Virus record (IMG/VR): IMGVR_UViG_638275429_000001
Location: 87,740 to 151,739 of that record
Length of the DNA: 64,000 nt
Reading direction: 5' to 3' (one strand)
Source: a virus
Lineage: Duplodnaviria > Heunggongvirae > Uroviricota > Caudoviricetes > Straboviridae
Part shown: positions 1-10,470 of the stretch, piece by piece
Layout of the letters: every line of letters starts with the position of its first letter
Position numbering within the stretch: the first letter of the stretch is position 1
The notes under the pieces: model-generated
What the model was told of the DNA's origin: nothing
Database searches by the model: none
Seen by the model: only the letters and a program-made list of their open reading frames with translations
Program-made: the position numbers and the translations under genes

Positions 1-1610
1 CGTCCGGCGCTATTTCCGTAAATCTGCCGAAAGGATCAGTAACAGATTACAACAAAGCAATTAAACTGCGCGATGTTTGGTCCACGTGGGCTAACCAAAA
101 CGTAACATTATACGCTGCTACTGGCGACACTCTTAAAGGTTCCCCGCTTCCTCGTCGTTTAGACAAAAACTTAATGGACGTTGAGCTAGTTTATTGCGCA
201 CCTGGAAGATGGGAATACGTTGAAAATAAGCGTGTTGACCGAATCACAACATCTGACCTCAGCACGGTAGCCAAACGTGAAATATTGGTCGAAACTGATG
301 GTCAAACTGATTTTCCAGATGTTTTTGGCTCATCTAATTACAACATCGGAAACATCGAAGTTTATCTCCGTGGTAACCTTCTGTATTACGGAAGCGAGTT
401 GTCTTCAAACTCAAACTACGGTTCTATCGACCCAGCGAGCCCGACCGGCATTATTCCTTTAGATGGGCGAAGTATTCGCATACGTGGTATCGAAATACTT
501 GCCGGCGATACCATCACATTCGTGACATATATGGACGGTATCGCGTCATACCGTAGCTCGTACAATACGCGAAGCGTTCAGGTATTTTCAACGACTGATA
601 GTGCTAAAACATCGGTTGCGGGTGAGATTTGGGTTGGTGATATTGCAACAAAGAATAGTTTTAGTATCGAAGAAATCGGTATTGAAATGAACAACCGTAT
701 AAACCCAAACTCGCTCGAAGTCCTCATTAATGGCATATTGATGTCTCGCGCAGGCGATGGTGATTTGCCTATGTTTGTTTGTGAAGGCGCGGACGGTGAA
801 AATCAAACAGATTGCCAGGCAAATGGCGGAAACTGGGTGCCGTCAGCGATTGACTACGCTATGGTTCTTGACGATAGTGGAAACGTTTCGCAAATCAACT
901 TTGGAAATCCTTTCGAATCAGGGGATATGGTAACATTCCGTTGGTTTAACAATGATATCGGAACATTGCTTGATTGGGACGGGATTAACGGAATAAAGGA
1001 AAAAGCTGACCAGGTTTATCTGAATGCTGAGCAGCAAGTCACTATCCAGAACGGCATTGAGTACACTGACTTTGATAATCCAAGCCAGAAAACTGCTGAG
1101 GTAGTTCCAGGGGTTTTCACTGGGCGACTGGATACAATCCAGATGTTCTTTGACTCTATATACCCAATAGGAACTATTTACGAGAATGCCAACAACCCTG
1201 CCAACCCTCGGGACTACATGGGTTTAGGCGTATGGAAAAGATACGCTGAAGGCAAAATTGTAGCCGGCTGGACGTCAAACCAAGCTGATATTGAATTCAG
1301 CATGAACAATAACGATCTGGATAGCGGCGGTAACCCGAGTCATACGGCTGGCGGAACATACGGCGCAAAATCTGTTGAACTGGCTCCATTGAATATCCCT
1401 GAGATATCATCAACCGACAAAGTTCTTGTTAGCCACCCAGATGGAAACATAATCATCGGCGGATGTTTGATTGACCCGGACGCGAGCGGCCCTGGATACA
1501 CAAAATATATAGAATCTGTTTTAGCAGTTAATAAAGGCAACTTGTCACCTGCTAACATAAGCATTCTTCCACCGATCATCACCGCATATAAATGGGTAAG
1601 GGTAGGATAA
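1..1610 (+). CDS. gp10: Baseplate wedge subunit / tail pin gp10, 5'-truncated
   Basis: The frame is open from position 3 (SGAISVNLPKGSVTDYNKAIKLRDVW...), upstream of the track's 174 start. ELVYCAPGRWEYV, IYPIGTIYENA and NNNDLDSGGNPSHTAGG match T4 gp10. Confidence 0.96.
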   Translation, partial: SGAISVNLPKGSVTDYNKAIKLRDVWSTWANQNVTLYAATGDTLKGSPLPRRLDKNLMDVELVYCAPGRWEYVENKRVDRITTSDLSTVAKREILVETDGQTDFPDVFGSSNYNIGNIEVYLRGNLLYYGSELSSNSNYGSIDPASPTGIIPLDGRSIRIRGIEILAGDTITFVTYMDGIASYRSSYNTRSVQVFSTTDSAKTSVAGEIWVGDIATKNSFSIEEIGIEMNNRINPNSLEVLINGILMSRAGDGDLPMFVCEGADGENQTDCQANGGNWVPSAIDYAMVLDDSGNVSQINFGNPFESGDMVTFRWFNNDIGTLLDWDGINGIKEKADQVYLNAEQQVTIQNGIEYTDFDNPSQKTAEVVPGVFTGRLDTIQMFFDSIYPIGTIYENANNPANPRDYMGLGVWKRYAEGKIVAGWTSNQADIEFSMNNNDLDSGGNPSHTAGGTYGAKSVELAPLNIPEISSTDKVLVSHPDGNIIIGGCLIDPDASGPGYTKYIESVLAVNKGNLSPANISILPPIITAYKWVRVG

Positions 1611-2272
1611 TGATAACAAAAGCACGCGGAGGTGCGATGAACACCTCCCGTCACGCTACTCACATTGAGTATCTGACAAAACCAGGAACAGATGTTATGG
1701 GAGCCCGCAATATCGGCGGGCCTACCGTCGATTCTTTGATCGCAGGTGTTGATTATCACAACGTTCAATCGGCAATTGATGAACTCCAAACACTCGCAAG
1801 TTTCCCAATCAATGGCCTCTACATCTCCGATGTCAAGGCCAGCCCTGAAGGCGTTCGGCAAGCCGAGTTGCTTACTTTTTCCGGGGTCGTTACCGATTCC
1901 GAGGAAGGGAAATCCATAATCCACGTATATGGAATACCGTTTACTGTAGACGCTGGAACAAACGCAGACGTTATTTGTAACCAAGTGTTAGCAAAATTTG
2001 AAGATATGCGCGATAACGGAATTCTATTCTTCAGCGTTAATCGTCAAAGCGGTACAACCACGCCAGTATTGGAAGTTCAATTCCTCGATTCTGCTACCCA
2101 TGTAAACATCGAGAATTTCGTCAGTAATGGTATCACCGTTGCTCGAGAAGTTTCTGTTCCAGGCGTTCCAGGTTTTGGTACATGGGACTATCTTGGCGAA
2201 GAAACCAAAACACTGACTGGCGGTACTTTAGCCGACCCCGTCCGGTTGTATTACTTTAAGAGGATTGGCTAA
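1610..2272 (+). CDS. gp11: Baseplate wedge subunit gp11 (short tail fibre connector)
   Basis: TAATG overlap with the gene 10 stop gives a start at 1610. SPEGVRQ..FSG and PGFGTWDYLG resemble T4 gp11; synteny agrees. Confidence 0.92.
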   Translation: MITKARGGAMNTSRHATHIEYLTKPGTDVMGARNIGGPTVDSLIAGVDYHNVQSAIDELQTLASFPINGLYISDVKASPEGVRQAELLTFSGVVTDSEEGKSIIHVYGIPFTVDAGTNADVICNQVLAKFEDMRDNGILFFSVNRQSGTTTPVLEVQFLDSATHVNIENFVSNGITVAREVSVPGVPGFGTWDYLGEETKTLTGGTLADPVRLYYFKRIG

Positions 2273-3672
2273 TGGTCGCAAATAACATCAAAAACCACAT
2301 CTCCGATTCAGCCGAATCGGTTAACTACACTGGTGATAACTGGCCGGCGATTGTGACTACGGTCGCCGATGCTCTAGATCGAGTAGCTCCGTGGGCTATT
2401 ATCGATAACGGGCTGCCTTTGGCTACTACCCAGATTGCTGGTATTATCCGAATCGCTACTACTGCTGAAATGCAGGCAGGAACAAGTGCCAACACAGCGA
2501 TCACACCTGCTTTGTTGAAGTTGGCGATGGAAACCCCGCAAGCTTCCGAGACCATTGTCGGGAATACGCGATACGCAACAAACGCTGAAGCTTTAGCTCT
2601 CACGTTAAATACAGCAGCGATCACACCAGCAAATCTTGGGTATGTTTTCGCGAATAAGGCTGCAACTGAATCAGCTCGCGGCACAATGCGTATTTCGACC
2701 CAGGCGCAAGCAACCTCTGGGACTGATGATGCGACAACCATGACGCCACTTAAAACTAAGTTGGCTATCCAGGCTCTAAGTCAGGCATGGGGAACTGCAA
2801 CTGAATCAGCTCGCGGTGTTGTTCAGATGGCTACCGTAGCGCAAGCATTGCAAGGAACATTGCGTGACGGTTTTGCGATAAGCCCATACACTCTGTCAAA
2901 AATGGCTGGAACTGAATCTGCTGCTGGGATGTTTAAAATTGCATCTAATTCGCAAATTCTTGCCCTCGCTGATAACACCGTTGTCGTAACACCAGCTAAA
3001 TTAGATATTTTGAAAGCAACTGCATCGCAATTGGGTCTTGTCAAACTATCAGGCGTATCAACTGCTGCTGCTAATACTGCCTTGGCCGCATCTGCGCCAG
3101 TACTTTACACTTCAGGCGGTATAATCACTGGTGATGTTACTTTCACTGGCAACATGCAAGGAATTCAATGGTCGCGAAATACGGATATGGCGCATATCGT
3201 TTTCAAAAATGATTCCAACGCCGATTCTAACTCGTTTATGCAATTCTGCGTTGGTGATGACAACAACGAATATTTCAGATGGGTAAACCGTTTTAGCGGA
3301 TCTGACAATATTATGGCGACGCTTCGTCCAGGTGGTCATATGTGGCTGGCTGGTAATATCGATGTCAACGATTTCTATATTCGTTCTGATCGCCGTCTTA
3401 AGCATGGTTTCAAACCTATTGAAAATGCGCTTGATAAGATCGACCTCTTGAACCCGGGCACTTATCACAAACAATATTCATTGACCGACGACCGAATTGT
3501 CGGCTTGGAAGCTGGTATTTTCGCACAAGATTTCCAGAAGGCTATGCCTGAAGGCGTAAGATCATTGGAGGATGGAACGTTGACAGTTTCTCCTATGGGT
3601 GCGATAGCATTTTTAATACAATGCAACAAAGAACTTAAAGCACGTCTCGAAAAATTAGAGGGTATAAAATGA
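2272..3672 (+). CDS. gp12: Short tail fibre gp12 with C-terminal S74-like intramolecular chaperone
   Basis: N-terminal HISDSAESV..WPAIVTTVADAL and ATESARG/ATxAE repeats as in T4 gp12. C-terminal RSDRRLK..IENALDKI motif. Confidence 0.92.
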   Translation: MVANNIKNHISDSAESVNYTGDNWPAIVTTVADALDRVAPWAIIDNGLPLATTQIAGIIRIATTAEMQAGTSANTAITPALLKLAMETPQASETIVGNTRYATNAEALALTLNTAAITPANLGYVFANKAATESARGTMRISTQAQATSGTDDATTMTPLKTKLAIQALSQAWGTATESARGVVQMATVAQALQGTLRDGFAISPYTLSKMAGTESAAGMFKIASNSQILALADNTVVVTPAKLDILKATASQLGLVKLSGVSTAAANTALAASAPVLYTSGGIITGDVTFTGNMQGIQWSRNTDMAHIVFKNDSNADSNSFMQFCVGDDNNEYFRWVNRFSGSDNIMATLRPGGHMWLAGNIDVNDFYIRSDRRLKHGFKPIENALDKIDLLNPGTYHKQYSLTDDRIVGLEAGIFAQDFQKAMPEGVRSLEDGTLTVSPMGAIAFLIQCNKELKARLEKLEGIK

Positions 3673-5432
3673 TTGAACATCTAACAAAGGGTTCATTGCC
3701 ATACGTTGATGGAGCCCCGGAAGTCGGGCAAGCACGTATTGACTGGATTAAGAACGGAGAGCGCCTGTGCGGCGCCTCTACAAAAACATCAAATGATGGA
3801 ACTTATAATCGGCCGACCCTAAACGTTCAGAAAAACGTCGAGGCTGCAGATGGCGAACAAGTCAAAACAGTTGAAAAGGTAAACGAAATCGTTGACACCG
3901 TTAACATAATCGTTGAGAACCTTGGAAATATCGGAAATACTGATCTTATCGAACAGGTAAACGAAAATACCGCTGATATCGTTGTACTTAAACAGCATGT
4001 TGTCGATGCGACTGCACAAGATGCAATATTCACAAACGACATCGCGGAAATAAACTTGTCAGTTGGCCAACGTTTACCCGCGGATAATACAACTCGCGAC
4101 GTCTACAACGATTTGTTCTGGATCAAAACAGAACTCGGTGCTTATAATGGTTTTGATATAAATGGCGGATCGGCTATCGGTTCTATCGGTTCAGGATTAA
4201 AGTATCGTTTCGGCGAATTAAACACTTTAGTCGGTAACAACTCCCGCCGGATAACAACACTTGAAGACAACTGGAATGCTTCGGATGTCGGTCAACTAAC
4301 TTCGGATTTAGAAGATATGCGCCTTGAAATAGGGCGGTCGCAGTTGGCAACCGGAATCCCGATTTATACGCGCTTGAGAATCCTTGAAGATGGCGCCGGT
4401 GGCGAACAAGACGATGTTGAAGCTATAAAGTTGAAAATCGATTTTAGCAACGAAACAACTATAGCTGCACGAACAACTTTGCTTGAAAGCACGACAAGTT
4501 CTCTGGCAAACACGATTAACCGGCCAGATACCGGATTACTTCCTCGGTTAACTGTCGTTGAGAACCAAATAGGGTCAACAAGCGAACCATATACGATGAT
4601 GTACGACATTAACCAGAATGCGATGGCTATTGTCAACATAAATCAAATACTTGGATCTAATGGCTCTTCAGGAATACAAGGCGAGATCGCGCTTATAAAC
4701 GCGGCAATTGGACCAAACAATGAGTCTGGATCAATCAATGGCCGAATATCAGTTCTTCAGCAAGAAGTCAGTCAAATCACGTTAACTCTTGCAGATATCG
4801 ACGGCAAAATAGGTGATGAAAATAGTGGCCTTGTTGGTGCAAACATCATAATGTCGACTGACCTGTATGGCGATGCTTCTTCTATTGATCCATTCACTAA
4901 CGCAGGAATCAAAAAGACAACTAAAGATCTGTTTGACACTGTCCCAGGTAAATTGGATCGACCGGCTGAAACAGGTAGATGGTATTTCGAAAATGGCGCA
5001 TGGAAAAAAGCGTCAAGCATAATGGTTGCTGTAGAAAAATCCGCGTTTGATGTTGACGCTACTGAAGCCGAAGTTGATATCCCATTTATAGACTTTGAGC
5101 AAACTATCGCCAATGGTTGTGTTTTCAACAACGGTGTTATTACTTTTTCCGATAATGGTCTCGTTGAAGCTAAAATCGATGTCGAAGTTGAAGGCGTTGG
5201 AGAAACAGACAACTATGAAGTCGCGATCAGCCACGATGTCGGTGGTGTTGTAACTCGAATAGTTTTGCAAGAATTTGCCCATCGTCCGATTGGTAAACGC
5301 TTATACACCCGCGATTGGTTGTATACAATTTCAAGTGGCGACAAGGTTTCAGTGACTATCAAAGCTCTTGATTCTAGTTCTGTTAAAACTGTTAACATAA
5401 CTGATATGTCTATCATGATTGTTCCGGTATAA
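3669..5432 (+). CDS. wac: Fibritin (neck whiskers) with extra C-terminal domain
   Basis: LPYVDGAPEVGQARIDWIKNGE N-terminus, segmented coiled coil, foldon-like GKLDRPAETGRWYFENGAW near 4947-5012. Confidence 0.94.
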   Translation: MIEHLTKGSLPYVDGAPEVGQARIDWIKNGERLCGASTKTSNDGTYNRPTLNVQKNVEAADGEQVKTVEKVNEIVDTVNIIVENLGNIGNTDLIEQVNENTADIVVLKQHVVDATAQDAIFTNDIAEINLSVGQRLPADNTTRDVYNDLFWIKTELGAYNGFDINGGSAIGSIGSGLKYRFGELNTLVGNNSRRITTLEDNWNASDVGQLTSDLEDMRLEIGRSQLATGIPIYTRLRILEDGAGGEQDDVEAIKLKIDFSNETTIAARTTLLESTTSSLANTINRPDTGLLPRLTVVENQIGSTSEPYTMMYDINQNAMAIVNINQILGSNGSSGIQGEIALINAAIGPNNESGSINGRISVLQQEVSQITLTLADIDGKIGDENSGLVGANIIMSTDLYGDASSIDPFTNAGIKKTTKDLFDTVPGKLDRPAETGRWYFENGAWKKASSIMVAVEKSAFDVDATEAEVDIPFIDFEQTIANGCVFNNGVITFSDNGLVEAKIDVEVEGVGETDNYEVAISHDVGGVVTRIVLQEFAHRPIGKRLYTRDWLYTISSGDKVSVTIKALDSSSVKTVNITDMSIMIVPV

Positions 5433-5436
5433 AAAC

Positions 5437-5459
5437 AAGGCTCCCGAAGGAGCCTTTTT
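5437..5459. terminator. Rho-independent terminator after wac, possibly bidirectional
   Basis: aaggctcc-cgaa-ggagcctt followed by T tract. The loop reads UUCG on the minus strand, which also has a T-rich tail. Confidence 0.8.
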
Positions 5460-5474
5460 CGTATTTCAATAACC

Positions 5475-5557
5475 ATTTTTATCCTTTAAGGCCTAATAGA
5501 TTATATAACCTAAAGGATAAAAGGATAAATTCGAGCTTCGCTCGAACGGCTTCGCCG
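5475..5557. repeat. 45-bp palindromic intergenic element, copy 1, with two GC mini-hairpins
   Basis: Core TTTATCCTTTAAGGCCTAATAGATTATATAACCTAAAGGATAAAA at 5478-5522 is identical to 28040-28084 and 62444-62488. Followed by ttcgagc-ttc-gctcgaa and cggc-ttc-gccg. Confidence 0.97.
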
Positions 5558-5565
5558 GCTAATTT

Positions 5566-5573
5566 TGTAAATA
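5566..5573 (+). promoter_or_regulatory. Probable T4-type late promoter variant (TGTAAATA) for gene 13
   Basis: One mismatch to TATAAATA, about 20 bp upstream of the gene 13 ATG and its AAGGAG SD. Confidence 0.55.
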
Positions 5574-5592
5574 AAAATAAAGGAGTGCAACA

Positions 5593-6516
5593 ATGTCTTA
5601 TACATGCAACAACCCGCTTGAACTTAAAGATGCTATTCTTAGACGTTTAGGCGCCCCTATAGTTCACGTTGAAGTAACAGAAGAACAGGTGTTCGACTGC
5701 ATCTCACGCGCTTTAGAACTATATGGAGAATATCATTATGACGGATTCCATCGAACTTATGCTACTGTCGTTTTGACTGAGCAACAAGCGAAAACAGGTA
5801 TCATTGATATGAAAGGCGGTAACGTATTTGCCGTCACTCAGGTATTGCGTACCAATGTTGGTTCAATAATTACTATGGATGGAACCGCCGTGTACCCGTG
5901 GTTCACCGATTTTGTTATGGGCATGACTGGTGCTTCTATTGGCGGCCAGTGTAAATGGTACGGCCCAAACGCTTTTGGCGGAGACCTCGGTTATTTCACT
6001 CAATTGATGAGTTACCGGTCAATGATGGGCGATTTGCTTTCACCGCTACCTGATTTTTATTACAACAGCTCAAGCGAAATGATGAAAATTGCAGGGCAAT
6101 TCAAAGCTGGTGATTTAATCGTCTTTGAAGTTTATTGCAAATCATATGCAAACGTTGACACGATGTTGGCCGGTACTTCAGCCGGATATGGCTTTGCTAT
6201 GTCATGCGACGGAGACGAGCCTTCCCAAAGTCAACTTTACGGCAACCCGAACCTTGCTGGTGGTGCGATATATGCTGGAGGTTCAAATGGCATGCTAAAA
6301 GACGGAGCATACAATAACCGTTGGGTTAAGGATATGTCAACTGCATATGTTAAAGAGCTGAATGGGCAAGTTCTTGCCAAACACCAAGGGATGCAACTCC
6401 CAGGCGGAATAACTATCGACGGCGTCCGGCTTATCGAAGAAGCGCGTATTGATATTGACAAACTTCGCAATGAGCTCGAGCTCCTCGACGCTCCACCTCC
6501 GATCATCATGGGATAA
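5593..6516 (+). CDS. gp13: Neck protein gp13
   Basis: NPLELKDAILRRLGAPIVHVEVT and NNRWVKD..LPGGITIDG motifs; synteny. Confidence 0.96.
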   Translation: MSYTCNNPLELKDAILRRLGAPIVHVEVTEEQVFDCISRALELYGEYHYDGFHRTYATVVLTEQQAKTGIIDMKGGNVFAVTQVLRTNVGSIITMDGTAVYPWFTDFVMGMTGASIGGQCKWYGPNAFGGDLGYFTQLMSYRSMMGDLLSPLPDFYYNSSSEMMKIAGQFKAGDLIVFEVYCKSYANVDTMLAGTSAGYGFAMSCDGDEPSQSQLYGNPNLAGGAIYAGGSNGMLKDGAYNNRWVKDMSTAYVKELNGQVLAKHQGMQLPGGITIDGVRLIEEARIDIDKLRNELELLDAPPPIIMG

Positions 6517-6522
6517 TGCAAT

Positions 6523-7281
6523 ATGATGGATAAATCTCTTTTCGCCACCCTGGAAAACCGGGGTGGTTATATGCGAACAAATGAGAAAAATATTCTTAAT
6601 CCGTACGTTAAATTCAACAAGCACGAGGGAACTCAAGCCCTGCAAGACACTTTAGTTGCTGAATCAATACAAATGCGAGGAATAGAGTTTTATTACCTCG
6701 AACGCGAGTTTACCGATTTAGATCTTTTATTTGGCGAAGACGTCAATAGCCGTTTTGAAAAGGCTTGGAAATTTGCTGCATGGTTAAACAGTTTTGAATC
6801 ATATGAAGGTCAGCAAAGCTTTTTCAGCAAATTTGGTCATACACAAAACGATGAGATTCGAATATCGATAAATCCAGGGTTGTTCAAGTACCAAGTAAAT
6901 GGCAAAGAACCTGCACTTGGCGATTTGATTTACATGCCGATGGACAATAGTCTTTTTGAAATAACGTGGGTAGAACCATATAGTCCATTCTACCAGAATG
7001 GAAAAAACCCAATACGCGTTATTGTTGCTCAGAAATTCATCTATTCAGGTGAAAAGATAACTCCGGTTGTTCAAGAAAAACCAGAAATTGAAGACATGTA
7101 CAACGGCTTAGACCTTGCTCCGCTGCTCAATTTAGACGGAATGATTGACCAGAAGATTGATCAATTTGCGGAAAATATCGCTGTTCAGCAAAAAGTTAAA
7201 CAATACGCGGAACCGTTTGATCCAATAAGCACAAACTCATTCGGGAACTTTGATAGCCCGTTCGGTAAACATGAGGCATAA
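6523..7281 (+). CDS. gp14: Neck protein gp14
   Basis: LVAESIQMRG, KAWKFAAWLNSFE and GDLIYMPMDNSLFEITWVEPY match T4 gp14. Confidence 0.96.
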   Translation: MMDKSLFATLENRGGYMRTNEKNILNPYVKFNKHEGTQALQDTLVAESIQMRGIEFYYLEREFTDLDLLFGEDVNSRFEKAWKFAAWLNSFESYEGQQSFFSKFGHTQNDEIRISINPGLFKYQVNGKEPALGDLIYMPMDNSLFEITWVEPYSPFYQNGKNPIRVIVAQKFIYSGEKITPVVQEKPEIEDMYNGLDLAPLLNLDGMIDQKIDQFAENIAVQQKVKQYAEPFDPISTNSFGNFDSPFGKHEA

Positions 7282-7283
7282 TA

Positions 7284-8102
7284 ATGTTTGGAAATCATTT
7301 TTACAATAATTCGATTCGTCGGTACATTATGTTGCTTATGGAACTGTTTGGCCACATACAAGTGGCCCGACAGCGCGATGGCAAACCATATTTTCAGGAT
7401 GTTCCGATAACATATGCAAGCAAAGAAAAATTCATAATGGCGCTCGGTGATGTCACGATGCCAACATCCGAAGCACAAATTGCCAAAGTTGAATCAATTT
7501 TGCCTCGTATGAACCTACACCTTATTGACGCACAGTATAACGCCCAAGTTAAAACTGGTGCTGCTCAGAAACGTTGGGTAAATAAATCAGATGGCAAAGG
7601 TTTGGCCCAATTCAACCCAGTGCCATATACGTTTATGTTTGAGCTTGGTATTCATACCCGGCATGAAGATGATTTGTTTCAAATCATCGAACAAATTCTT
7701 CCATATTTTCAGCCGCACTTCCCATGCACGATAACTGAATTGTACGACAACGAAATCATCATAAAAGGTCGCGATATTAACATCGTCATTGTGTCTAACA
7801 CACCTGACGAGCAAATTGAAGGGCCTGGCGAGCAAAGACGCCGCTTGGAATGGTCTATGATGCTTAGCTTTACTGGCTGGTTGTATCCAAACACCAAAAA
7901 TATTGCTGGTGAGATTCGCACAATTTATATCGACTTCTTCGGAAATGAGCGTGAAATTAATAAAGAAACCCACTTTGAATCCGTAGACCACCAAGTTGTG
8001 CCGAAAAATGTGCCAAAACAAGAATGGACTGGTGAGTCGATTGAAGTGTGGAGCGACAATACATCGCAGGGTGAGCCGCCTCGCCCTTCATCAGGAGAAT
8101 AA
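7284..8102 (+). CDS. gp15: Tail sheath stabiliser / terminator gp15
   Basis: MFGNHFYNNSIRRY, VPITYASKEKF and IIEQILPYFQPHF motifs. Confidence 0.96.
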   Translation: MFGNHFYNNSIRRYIMLLMELFGHIQVARQRDGKPYFQDVPITYASKEKFIMALGDVTMPTSEAQIAKVESILPRMNLHLIDAQYNAQVKTGAAQKRWVNKSDGKGLAQFNPVPYTFMFELGIHTRHEDDLFQIIEQILPYFQPHFPCTITELYDNEIIIKGRDINIVIVSNTPDEQIEGPGEQRRRLEWSMMLSFTGWLYPNTKNIAGEIRTIYIDFFGNEREINKETHFESVDHQVVPKNVPKQEWTGESIEVWSDNTSQGEPPRPSSGE

Positions 8103-8105
8103 TTT

Positions 8106-10414
<2,309 letters not shown>

Positions 10415-10470
10415 GCTTTATAAAGCGTAATAAATACACTTGTGTTAAACTAACCCAAAGGAACAAAAAC

